Source: Alphaproteobacteria bacterium
GTDB lineage: Bacteria > Pseudomonadota > Alphaproteobacteria > UBA828
DNA: 64,000 bases
NCBI GenBank assembly: GCA_963422645.2
Contig: CAXXVO010000007.1
Coordinates: 192,001-256,000, forward strand
Direction: 5' to 3'
Both the position numbers and the translations under genes were made by a program. The notes under the pieces are model-generated. The model ran no database searches. It saw nothing but the letters and a program-made list of their open reading frames with translations, and had not been told where the DNA came from. Position 1 is the first letter of the stretch, and each line of letters opens with the position of its first letter. Shown piece by piece: positions 53,629 through 62,776 of the stretch.

Positions 53629-54642
53629 TCAGGCCCCGCAAATTGTGGCGGCATGGAGCCAGGGCAATACCGTTTGGCCATACTGATCGATGCGCTCGAC
53701 GACGATCTCCTCCGACAGCGCATCGTCGATCCGGCCTATTGCGGCGCCTTGAGTCCGCGACAGGAACACGCGCCGTGCGGCGTCGCGCTCCCACAGCGCC
53801 TCTTCGTCGTAGCGGAGGATGTCCGCTCGTTCCGCCATCACCCGGGGGTGGGTATGAAGCCACCGCAGGAAGGCGATCGCGCCCGGCGTCTCGCGCCACA
53901 AGCGGCCGTACTCGGAAACATAGTCCTTCGCCGTCCGCGGCATCCCGTCACCGTGGCCGTGCCATATGCCCATGGGCAGGGGATCCGGGCTGCCGCTAAG
54001 GATTTCCGCGATGTAGCCGTTCTCGACGAAACCCAGCCGCAGCGATGTCGCGGCGGCCACGTAGTGTTCCCTGTGAAACCGTAGCAGGGCCAGCTCGTAT
54101 CGGCAGGGCGGATACTGCGGTGCCTCGGTCTCGATGAACGAAAGCGCGTTCCCGTCCAGCCCGGCACGCAGATACTCCGAGCCGATGATGAAGCGGATCC
54201 CCTGGTTGTCGCCAGGATTCCACACCAGCATGCGCTCCAACATCGACAATCCATCATCGGTGCGGCCGAGCTTCAGCTGGCAAAGCGCCAGTCCATGGGC
54301 CGTGCGCAGGAAGGGGCGGTTCTCAAGATGGCGCCACTCGATGAGGGCCTTGAATTCCGAAGGGAGAGCCTTCGTGCAGAGCGAGAAGCCTCGTCCATAG
54401 GATTCCAGCGCTTGCTCGAAGCGGCCCTCCTCGTAGAGCCTGTTGCCGAGATGGGCGTGACCGTCGACGTACCACGGATGGCGCGCGACGAGCTCTTCGA
54501 GGGCACGGCGATAGCGCATATTCGAGAGGGCGCCCGAGTTCCGCCGCTCCAGAAGATGGTCGAGTTGATCCACAGCCTCGTCGTACTCCGGCGGATGGGC
54601 GAAGACGCAAACGTCGTCGTGCATCTTGAGGGCGATCGTCAT
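53629..54642 (-). CDS. TPR-repeat protein
   Basis: HAHLGN.LY..GRFEQA..SY, NRPFLR..HG, NPGDNQGIRF. Confidence 0.7.
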   Translation of the reverse strand: MTIALKMHDDVCVFAHPPEYDEAVDQLDHLLERRNSGALSNMRYRRALEELVARHPWYVDGHAHLGNRLYEEGRFEQALESYGRGFSLCTKALPSEFKALIEWRHLENRPFLRTAHGLALCQLKLGRTDDGLSMLERMLVWNPGDNQGIRFIIGSEYLRAGLDGNALSFIETEAPQYPPCRYELALLRFHREHYVAAATSLRLGFVENGYIAEILSGSPDPLPMGIWHGHGDGMPRTAKDYVSEYGRLWRETPGAIAFLRWLHTHPRVMAERADILRYDEEALWERDAARRVFLSRTQGAAIGRIDDALSEEIVVERIDQYGQTVLPWLHAATICGA

Positions 54643-54704
54643 GGGGTGCTCTCCACCATTCCATCGTATCGGTCTTGTGCCGGCGAAGCGGTGGCGCCCG
54701 GAAG

Positions 54705-54968
54705 TCAGGGTCCCGGTCTGGCAGCCAGCACCTCGTCGAGGCTGGCCGCGACCAGCACCGCCATCGCCCAGGCTTCGAGTTCGGAGGCAGACGCGCCGCG
54801 AACCCGCCCGCGAACCGCCTCCGACAATTCACCGAAACGCAGTTCAAGCTGGCGAAGAAGAAGCCCAGCTTGGCCCGAGGCGATACCTTGGGCCATGCCC
54901 TCGGTCCGACCGCGTTCAACCCCCTCTACTCTTCCCTGCTCGATCCAGGCTTCCGCCACCGTGCCCAT
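54705..54968 (-). CDS. Rpn C-terminal (RpnS/DUF4351-like) small protein
   Basis: MGTVAEAWIEQG.(EG)n..LLRQLELRFGEL; GAGAGG RBS upstream; in frame with Rpn. Confidence 0.7.
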   Translation of the reverse strand: MGTVAEAWIEQGRVEGVERGRTEGMAQGIASGQAGLLLRQLELRFGELSEAVRGRVRGASASELEAWAMAVLVAASLDEVLAARPGP

Positions 54969-54977
54969 CAGCGCCTC

Positions 54978-55796
54978 TCAGCGGTCCGGCTTCGTCCGGC
55001 GCAACGACGCCTCCAGCAAGGGTGGCGTCAGGTTCATGCGCTCCGCGATGTAGCGAATAATATGGCGCTCGAACTCGCTCCCCGCAACCGGACCGCCGGT
55101 CATCTGATCGAGAATGTCGGGCGGGATGGCGTCTGCGTGGACCACCTTGAACGCCAGCAGCCCGGCCCGCACCTCGGGCGTTCGGGAAAGCCGGAGCGGC
55201 GCGATCTCCCCAAGGTCGTGCAGCACGTAGGTGAACTCCCGCAGGAAGGGTGCCAGATCGTCGGGCGCCTCGATCATCTCCGCCACCGAGCGGGCCGCCG
55301 TCCATCGACCCTGCCCATGATAGAAAACGAGCGGGATGATCGGCGGCAGCCTGTTCCTGGCGGTACCGCCCTCGATCATCTCCGCCACCGAGCGGGCCGC
55401 CGTCCATCGACCCTGCCCATGATAGAAAACGAGCGGGATGATCGGCGGCAGCCTGTTCCTGGCGGTACCGCCCTCGATCTCGCGGAGCCAGATGTTGGCC
55501 ATGTACTTCAGAATCTGAAGCGGCGTGCCGGCGTCGACGCTGCTCTTGTGCTCGAGGAGGACGTATATGCGGGCCTGGTGCCCGGTCTTGAGTTTGACCC
55601 TGAAGAGGGCGTCGCACTGTGTCCTAGCGGCGTCCGCGTCGACGAAGCTTCCCTCGACCGCCTCGGGCTGAGTGCCGGGATCGAGCAGATCGGCGACTTC
55701 TTGGGGAAGGTACTCCGCGAGCAGTGCGCCGGCGCGGGCCGGGTTGGCGACCAGCGCCCGGAACAGCGCGTCGTGCGGCGTCGAGGGAAGGCTCAC
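54978..55796 (-). pseudogene. Rpn/YhgA-like PD-(D/E)XK nuclease with internal duplication and premature stop
   Basis: PHDALFR, SFVD, DALF, LLEHKS, LPPIIPLVFYHG; TGA stop 3 codons before the C-terminal ORF. Confidence 0.8.
55268..55479. repeat. Exact 102-bp in-frame tandem duplication
   Basis: CCTCGATC at 55268, 55370 and 55472; protein IEGGTARNRLPPIIPLVFYHGQGRWTAARSVAEM x2. Confidence 0.92.
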
Positions 55797-56200
55797 CGGC
55801 CCGGCTTCCCCTCAGTGGCACCTGGCAGGGGATTTCCAACATGTGTGCGACGGCGATCAATTCCGGCATGCCGCCAGCCTACGCCGAACCGGCAGTCGCG
55901 GTCGACCGGGATGCGCGGGCTTGGCAGGTCGGGTCTTTCGTCTCCCCGATCGCGATTCGCAGGGGCAGGGCGGCGGCCTCCGAGCACGGCACAACGCTGG
56001 CGGCCGCGGCCAGGCGGTGCATACCGACGATATCCTCCTCGTATTATGGCAAGCGCGATCTCGCGCCTGGAAGGATCTTGCCGACATCACGAAAAGTTGA
56101 TCGCCGTACTGGATCGTGCTCCTGCGTACTCCTGACCAGACCGCGGCCGCCGCCATAATCACCGTCCTCAACTCAGGATTGGGGTACCTGGGTAGTTACG

Positions 56201-56317
56201 ATCTGGAAGCAACTGCTCGCCGACTACGAGGCTCCGCCGCTCGACCCCGCGATCGGCGAGGAGCTCGACGAGTTCGTCGCGCGACGCGTCGCGGAGGGTG
56301 GCGTCCCGGAACGCTGA
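56201..56317 (+). pseudogene. 3' remnant of a trimethylamine methyltransferase (MttB)-family gene
   Basis: Manual translation IWKQLLADYEAPPLDPAIGEELDEFVARRVAEGGVPER*. Confidence 0.65.
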
Positions 56318-56344
56318 TCCAACGAGGACCCGGTGCACGAGATC

Positions 56345-56991
56345 CGGCCATCGGTTCCACTCCGGAGGATTTCTCGCCGCAGCACGTACCCGTGCCGCCC
56401 CTCGTGTTCGTGTCCCGGGCCATGTTCAATTCGCCATTCGACTATGTCGTGAACGACGACCATGAATCGGGTCGGCTGGCGACGGAGCGCTTGCTGCCCC
56501 TGGGGCACCGCCGCATTGCGATGGTTGGCGGCGATCCCAGTACAAGTCCCTTCGGCGAACGCTTGCGCGGTCATCGGGCGGCCCTTGAGCGGGCGCATGT
56601 CGCGTTTGACAGCGCGCTCGTCTGGACCTCAGTTCCGACACGCGTCGAAGGCTTCCGAGCTGCGCGCTGGATCGCAGGGCTCGAGCCCCGGCCGACGGCC
56701 GCGATTTGCTATAACGATTCGATCGCGCTCGGGCTGTTCCATGGCTTGGTGCGGGAAGGCCTTCACTCCGGGAAAAACTTCGCGCTAATCGGCCATGAAG
56801 ACGTGGAGGAGGCGAGCCTCGTGAGCCCTTCGCTGAGCGTCACGAAGGTTTCGCGCGACGAGATTGGCCGGCAGGCCGCCGCGGCGCTGCTGGAGCGAAT
56901 CGACAATCCCGGCGCCCCGCCCCAGCGCATCGTCCTGAAGACGGAACTCATCGTCAGGGAAACCTGCGGGACCGTGCCGCCGGCATCCTGA
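56345..56991 (+). pseudogene. LacI-family regulator, ligand-binding domain only (HTH missing)
   Basis: LGHRRIA, PTAAICYND.IALG, ALIG.ED, PSLS.., L.VRETCG. Confidence 0.72.
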
Positions 56992-57118
56992 CGAGCCGGG
57001 TGGACCCGCCGAGTCCCGGCGCCCCTCTTCTAGATTATTCGTTTTCGTCGGCTACACCGGCGGAACTCGCGTCAGCGGCGCTTCGGAGTCGCCATGAAGC
57101 CGAGCGAACCGTCCGGCC

Positions 57119-57880
57119 TTAGAGAAAGACCGTGCCGCCGTCCACCATCAGGGTCTGGCCCGTGACCAGCTTGCTCGCGTCGGACGAGAGGTAGAGCACG
57201 GTGCCGACCAGATCGTCGGTCTCGAGGTTCTTCTGCAGGCTTTGACCGGTGGCGACGGCCTGAAGCAGCTTGTCCTTCTTGGCCCCGAAGAACTCGTCTG
57301 TCCCCTCGGTCAGCACCGCGCTCGGCGCGATCGCGTTGACCCTGATCCAGTCGCGCCCGAGCTCGCGGGCAAGCGCGCGGGTCATGCCGATGACCGCCGC
57401 TTTCGAGGTCGCGTAGTGGAGCCCGAAGGGCATGCCGTAGACCGCGGCCAGCGAGGCGATGTTGACGATGGAGCCGCCGCCCGCCTCGCGCATGGCCGGC
57501 ACGCACGCCTTGGTGCATTGCCAGACGCCGCGCACGTTGACGGCCATGGTCTTGTCCCACTCGTCCTGCGCGATCTTGTCGAAGTGCCCGCCCTGGATGT
57601 CGCCATAGAGTGCGGCGTTGTTGATGAGCACGTCGATGCGCCCGAACTCGGCGACGGTGTGCTTGGCCATGGTCTCGCAGCTCGCCATGTCGGCGACATC
57701 CAGCGCGATGCCGGTAACGCGCCCGTTGGTCTTGCCGATGGCCTCCACCGTCTCGGCCGTATCTCGGATGTCAGCGGCCACCACCGTCGCGCCCTCGCGC
57801 GCCAGCGCCTCGCAATAGGCGCGGCCCAAGCCCCGCCCGCCGCCGGTGACGACGGCGACCCTCCCTTCAAGCTGTGCCAT
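57119..57880 (-). CDS. Short-chain dehydrogenase/reductase
   Basis: TGGGRGLG, NNAA, YATSK, VTGQTLMVDGG; start ATG57880. Confidence 0.92.
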   Translation of the reverse strand: MAQLEGRVAVVTGGGRGLGRAYCEALAREGATVVAADIRDTAETVEAIGKTNGRVTGIALDVADMASCETMAKHTVAEFGRIDVLINNAALYGDIQGGHFDKIAQDEWDKTMAVNVRGVWQCTKACVPAMREAGGGSIVNIASLAAVYGMPFGLHYATSKAAVIGMTRALARELGRDWIRVNAIAPSAVLTEGTDEFFGAKKDKLLQAVATGQSLQKNLETDDLVGTVLYLSSDASKLVTGQTLMVDGGTVFL

Positions 57881-58103
57881 GGGATCTCCCGCTTCTCTCG
57901 GATGCACGCGCGCCAGCCCGGCCGCGACGGCACCGGCGGGCCACGAAATAGGCCACATCGCGCGCCGCCGCAAGCAGGTGAGCCTTATTCGTATCCCTCA
58001 GTCGCCGAGCGCTCGCTCCGCTCGCTTGGCTCCGCGCTTACGCGCGCGGCGCAGTCGCGCCGTCCGGGCCTGCGGCCGGCGGGACAAAGGGGTCGTCCGT
58101 TCT

Positions 58104-58148
58104 CCCTCTCCGCCCCTGGGGGCGGAGAGGGCTGGGGTGAGGTGGGGG
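58104..58148. repeat. REP-like extragenic palindrome
   Basis: CCCTCTCCGCCC..GGGCGGAGAGGG-ctggggtgagg, a motif type common in alphaproteobacterial intergenic regions. Confidence 0.6.
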
Positions 58149-58233
58149 CGTTTTCTCCCCGGGATCCCAACGCCTGCGCTTTCCGTGCTGCGGAGTGCTA
58201 GTATGCCGCCCGCAAGCCGGAGAGCCGGAGGGA

Positions 58234-59049
58234 ATGATGGCGACCGAGATCGTGGAACTGCCCGAGGGGATCGCGCGCACGCTGCGCCGCAAGGACGACG
58301 ACGGCGTGACGACGCTCACGCTGAACCGGCCCAAGTCGGGCAACAGCCTCTCCCACCAGCTGGTGCACGAGTTGCAGGACACCCTCGACGAGATCAGGGA
58401 CGATCGCTCGGTGCGGGTGGTGATCCTGGCGGCGGCCGGGCGGCTCTTCTGCACCGGCCACGACCTCAACGAATCGGTCGAGGCCATGAAAGCGCCGGAG
58501 ACCAAGCGCGACGCCACCGCGACCTGCTCGCGCATGATGCAAAGCCTGATCGGCCTGCCCCAGCCGGTGATCGCCAAGGTCCACAGCATCGCCACAGCCG
58601 CCGGCTGCGAGCTGGTCGCGAGCTGCGATCTGGTCTACGCCTCGTCTGAGGCCAAATTCGCCACCCCCGGCGTGAACATCGGCTTCTGGTGCCATTCGCC
58701 GCAGGTGGCGGTGAGCCGCGCCGTCGCGCCCAAGCACGCGATGCAGATGCTGCTCACCGGCAAGATGGTGGATGCCGAGACCGCGTTCCGCATGGGGCTG
58801 GTCAGCGAGGTCGTGGAGTCCGACAAGCTGAACGAGCGGGTGGACGAAGTGGCGCGGCATATCGCGTCGAAGTCGGCCTACGCCATCGCCCAGGGCAAGC
58901 GGTCCTTCTACCGCCAGCTGGAGATGGACCGGGGCGATGCCTACGACTACGCCGGCGAGGTGATCTACCGCACCATCCAGGCCGACGACGCGCGCGAAGG
59001 CATCACCGCCTTCCTGGAGAAGCGGGACCCGGTCTGGCAGGACAGCTGA
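58234..59049 (+). CDS. Enoyl-CoA hydratase/isomerase family
   Basis: FCTGHDL, QPVIAKV, ATAAGCELVASCD, FATPGV, EGITAFLEKR. Confidence 0.9.
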   Translation: MMATEIVELPEGIARTLRRKDDDGVTTLTLNRPKSGNSLSHQLVHELQDTLDEIRDDRSVRVVILAAAGRLFCTGHDLNESVEAMKAPETKRDATATCSRMMQSLIGLPQPVIAKVHSIATAAGCELVASCDLVYASSEAKFATPGVNIGFWCHSPQVAVSRAVAPKHAMQMLLTGKMVDAETAFRMGLVSEVVESDKLNERVDEVARHIASKSAYAIAQGKRSFYRQLEMDRGDAYDYAGEVIYRTIQADDAREGITAFLEKRDPVWQDS

Positions 59050-59073
59050 CGCCGCACGCCTTCGACCGGCCGG

Positions 59074-59271
59074 TCAGAGCTTCTCGTCGATACCCGCCTG
59101 CTTGAGAATATGGTTGGCCGTATGCCGGCTCTTGATCTTGCTTGGGACGGTTATGACTATCCCGGTCCGGCCCTCACTCTGCCATTGTTCGTGACTTGAC
59201 CTGCCCTGGCGGATTTTGACCCAGCCGGCCACCTTCAGAAGGCTCTTCACCTTCCGTTCGTATGTCGCCAC
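59074..59271 (-). CDS. hicA: HicA-family toxin
   Basis: LL..AGW..IRQG.SSHEQW, ITVP, ILKQAGI. Confidence 0.82.
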   Translation of the reverse strand: MATYERKVKSLLKVAGWVKIRQGRSSHEQWQSEGRTGIVITVPSKIKSRHTANHILKQAGIDEKL

Positions 59272-59284
59272 CGCGATACCCGTG

Positions 59285-59605
59285 CTAGGCGTGTGACGGG
59301 ATCAGCGTTTCCTCGACGACATAGCGCGGCGTTCGTGCATTGACCCGGGACCGGGGACACCGGCGGCGCCCTTGTTGCGGGGCCGGTTGCTCTGGCTGCT
59401 GAAGCCGTACGGTCACCTGGACTTCTGCATCGCGGGGCACGTCCAGATTGCGCTCGAGCAGTTGCGGCACCATCTCCATGACGGCCTCGAGCATGCCGCC
59501 GAGCGTGTCTGCTTCGAGGGTCAGACCCGGTATGTCGTCGCTCGTCGCAACGAATACGTCGGTTTCCTCGCAGCGGCAAACATCGACGCTGTATGAGTTG
59601 GCCAT
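59285..59605 (-). CDS. DUF1902/HicB-like antitoxin
   Basis: VFVATSDDIPGLTLEADT...L...V.E..P.LL. Confidence 0.75.
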   Translation of the reverse strand: MANSYSVDVCRCEETDVFVATSDDIPGLTLEADTLGGMLEAVMEMVPQLLERNLDVPRDAEVQVTVRLQQPEQPAPQQGRRRCPRSRVNARTPRYVVEETLIPSHA

Positions 59606-59726
59606 CGCATCCCGCTCCAACGCGTTCATGCCTCAGCAAGCACCCGGTTGCGCATATTAGCGCAATGTAAGCGCGCTACGCATGACGAGCAAAGCTGGCA
59701 TCAATGCCCGTGTGGGCACGCGATCC

Positions 59727-59864
59727 GTCTGGCGGGCTGTAGGGGGACGAAAGTCATTGCGAATCCGGAAGATGCCGGGAAGAAGGCGGAAGAAGGCGGA
59801 CGGTCAAGGGGTTGGCGGCGTTTCCGGGGTCTGGCGGGCCGGACGAAAGTCTTTGCGAATCCGG
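59727..59864. repeat. Imperfect ~40-bp direct repeat
   Basis: GTCTGGCGGGC..GGACGAAAGTC(A/T)TTGCGAATCCGG at 59727-59768 and 59829-59864. Confidence 0.75.
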
Positions 59865-60007
59865 CCCGGAAAGGGCCGTGAATTGGCTGGAAACGGTGAT
59901 TTTCGGGGCGTTTCAGGGGTGCTGAAAGGCCTGTAAATCGGCGCGGTTCCGGGGGTGCGGATTCGCCGGTAAATCCCGGTGCGGCGCGGTGCTTCGCCTC
60001 GCCCGGT

Positions 60008-60946
60008 CTACGATGCCGGCGTTGTCCCCGCGCCGGCCTCCTTCCCTTCGAGATCGGCGCGCCGCGGGTCGCGTGCGATCTCCTCGTCGGAGAAGGGCTT
60101 TCGCCCGGGGTTCTCGACCTCCCAGCTTTCCATCCATGGCAGCGACTGGCATCCGCAGTTGATCGTCTCGGCGGCGGGTCCGGCGGGATCGCGGGGGTAC
60201 ATGAGCGAAGCGCCGCCGACGTCGAAGGGCCTGGCGGCTTCCCTGATCTGTCCGTCGACGGCGTCGTGGGCGATGCGGCTTCTGAGCTTTCCGGAGCGTC
60301 GCCACTGCTTCTTCAGCCCCGGCAGGACCTCGGCGGCCTGCTCCATGCGCTGCTGTCCGGCCATGGAGTATGCGCGGCCGAGCTCGGTCCGCACGATTGT
60401 CAGGGCGCGGGACCTGCCGCCGGTCTTGAGGATGGCGGCGACGCGTCCGGTGGTCTCGCCGACGGGGACCGAGCCGGTCATGGCGAGGCCGAGCTGGGTG
60501 TTGACGCGGTCTGCGAGGGCGGCGGTGACGCCCTTCATCCTGTCGGTGAGGAAGGATCGCATGGCGAGGAGCTGGCGGGTGTCGACCTCGGGCAGGACGG
60601 CGGCGATGCGGAAGTCGGGGGCATCGAGGCGCATGGCGGCGTCGACGGGGGCGTCCACGGTATCGATGCCGGCGTCCCAGGCGCGGGTTGCGCCCTCGGC
60701 CATGGCCTGCCCGGCGTCTGCGCCGAGGCTGTCGAGGGCGTCCCGGACGGAGGCCTGGAGGGATGGCAGCGCCCATGCCTGGTAATCGGAGGGCGCGCCG
60801 GCGAGGGTGGCCCGGATGTCGCGCTCGGCGCGCCCGAGGATGCGGCCGACCTCGGCGGCGGTGTCCTTCTGGATGCGGGGCAGGGCGCGGGCGCGGCGGG
60901 ATCGCTCGCCCTTGAGCCTGCGCTCGCGCTGACGGTCGGTAGCCAC
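60008..60946 (-). CDS. Phage minor head protein (Mu gpF / SPP1 gp7-like)
   Basis: RA.TIVRTE, KKQW, R..H...DGQ, F.VGG..L.YP.DP....E.INCGC. Confidence 0.82.
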   Translation of the reverse strand: MATDRQRERRLKGERSRRARALPRIQKDTAAEVGRILGRAERDIRATLAGAPSDYQAWALPSLQASVRDALDSLGADAGQAMAEGATRAWDAGIDTVDAPVDAAMRLDAPDFRIAAVLPEVDTRQLLAMRSFLTDRMKGVTAALADRVNTQLGLAMTGSVPVGETTGRVAAILKTGGRSRALTIVRTELGRAYSMAGQQRMEQAAEVLPGLKKQWRRSGKLRSRIAHDAVDGQIREAARPFDVGGASLMYPRDPAGPAAETINCGCQSLPWMESWEVENPGRKPFSDEEIARDPRRADLEGKEAGAGTTPAS

Positions 60947-60949
60947 GTG

Positions 60950-61280
60950 CTACGCCTCGCCGTCGTCGGCGTCCTCGTCCTGCGGGGGCTCGCGGAAGGC
61001 GTCTTCTTCGGCCCGTCCGGCGGCGTCTTCGCGCGCCGCCTCGAGTTCGGCGTCGGCGTCGATCTCGACGCCGAGGCGCCCGGCGACAGCGGCGATGACG
61101 CGGAGCGCGGTGGCGTCCGAGAGCAGGCCGCGCTCGATGGCCAGCGCCGCGGCGCCTGCGGTCTGGGCGAGCGCGGCGGCGTGTCGGGAGGCGTCGGCGA
61201 CCACCATCTCGGGCCATTCGACGGAGACGGCGAGGGCGGGGTCTGCGGGATCGGGCCATGATGCGCCGGTGAGCGCGCGC
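60950..61280 (-). pseudogene. Probable C-terminal fragment of a phage portal protein
   Basis: ..VEWPEMVV.D....A.AL.......GLLS..TA..; lies directly upstream of gpF and is truncated by the adjacent element. Confidence 0.5.
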
Positions 61281-61419
61281 GGTCTTTCAGCGGGGATCGG
61301 GGCCTGATCCGCTCGGATTTGTTGAGGTTTTGGGGCGGGTGCCCCTCGGCGAACTTGCAAGAAGTTCGCCGGGGGGCTTTGTCTCGTGGTGACGGTCACA
61401 ATCGCCAGAGACGGCCCCA

Positions 61420-62037
61420 ATGTCGCACAACATTTTCCGCCACTCCATGCTTTGCAACGCCCTGGTCTGGGCCTGGCTGCGCGAGGTCGATGAGGCCGAG
61501 GCGGCGCGCTGCCGCGAGGCGGGCTGCCGACACTGCCCCGGCAAGCTGCACAGCGCGACGTATCCGCGCAAGCCGTACGGTCTGGCAGCCGAGTTGAGGG
61601 AAGAGGGCACGCGGCGGTTCAGCTTCTGCTGCGCGGATTGCCGCCTGCGAGCGACCCCACCATCGGTACGATTCTTCGGGCGCCGCTTTTATCTGGGCGC
61701 CCTGTTCGTTCTGTTGAGTGCACTGGTTCTGAGAGGCGGGGTGCGGTTGCAGACGATCAAGCGGAAGTGGGGGGTCTCGGTCGCCACACTGCGCCGCTGG
61801 CGGAAGTGGTGGCTGGAGGCGTTCCCGGCGACGGAGCCCTGGGGAGCGAAGCGTGGCGAACTGGTGATGCCACCCGAGGAGGTGCCGCTGCTCTTCGTGC
61901 TGCGGCAGATGCGGGGCGGACGCTTCGGTGAGCGTCTGTTCCTGAGCCTGATCTGGTTCAAGCCGTGGACGGGCTATTGCGGGCTCGGCGATGGCTCGGC
62001 GCCGCCCGCAGAAAGTGTTCCTGTCACGCCCGGATAG
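61420..62037 (+). CDS. Cys-rich (Zn-ribbon) plus HTH accessory protein of a transposable element
   Basis: CRHC..LH.A.YPRKP, RFSFCC..C..R.TPPSVRF.GRR.Y, VS..TL.RW..WW. Confidence 0.65.
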   Translation: MSHNIFRHSMLCNALVWAWLREVDEAEAARCREAGCRHCPGKLHSATYPRKPYGLAAELREEGTRRFSFCCADCRLRATPPSVRFFGRRFYLGALFVLLSALVLRGGVRLQTIKRKWGVSVATLRRWRKWWLEAFPATEPWGAKRGELVMPPEEVPLLFVLRQMRGGRFGERLFLSLIWFKPWTGYCGLGDGSAPPAESVPVTPG

Positions 62038-62086
62038 GGCGTTCTACATGGGCATCTCTCCGATGCGGCGAGGGAGGGATGCCGGA

Positions 62087-62776
62087 ATGGACAAGGACGA
62101 CGCAGGCGCCAGGCGCGAGAAGTGGGCCCGGCTGCGCTTTGCGGTGGTGGGGCCGCTTCTGGCTTCACCGCCGCCTGCAGGCCAGCTGGGGGCCGAGTTC
62201 GAGCGTCTGTCGCAGCGCGACTGGGAGCACCCGTCGGGCAAGGGGCCGGTGCGCTTTGCGGCCTCGACGATCGAGCGCTGGTACTACCGGGCGCGGGCAG
62301 AGGAGCAGGACCCGGTCAAGGCGCTGCGCCGGAAGCCTCGGACCGACGTCGGCCGCGAGCGGTCCATGTCGGCGGGGCTGATCGCGGCGCTGCGCGAGCA
62401 GTACCGGGTCCATCCCTCGTGGGCGGCGCAGCTCCACTACGAGACCCTCAAGGCTCATGTTGCGACCCATCCCGAGCTCGGCCCGATGCCGTCCTACGCG
62501 ACGCTGACGCGGGCGATGCGCAATCGCGGCCTGGTGCGCGAGCGCCCCAGGAAGTGGCACGAGGGTGAGGACAAGCCGGCGGTCGAAGCCCGCGAGGTCC
62601 TTAGCTACGAGGTGTCTCGCAGTCACGCGCTGTGGCACGGGGACTTCCACCACGGCAAGCGCCGCGTGCTGACGGCGTCGGGCGAATGGCAGACGCCCAT
62701 CCTGCTCGGCTTCCTCGACGACCACTCCAGGCTTGGCTGCCACCTGCAGTGGTACCTGGAGGAGACCGCCGAGGTC
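62087..62776 (+). pseudogene. IS481-like rve (DDE) transposase, interrupted by IS21
   Basis: F..STIERWYY, PSYATL.R, LWHGDFHHG, FLDDHSR; the frame breaks at the IS21 end. Confidence 0.8.
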
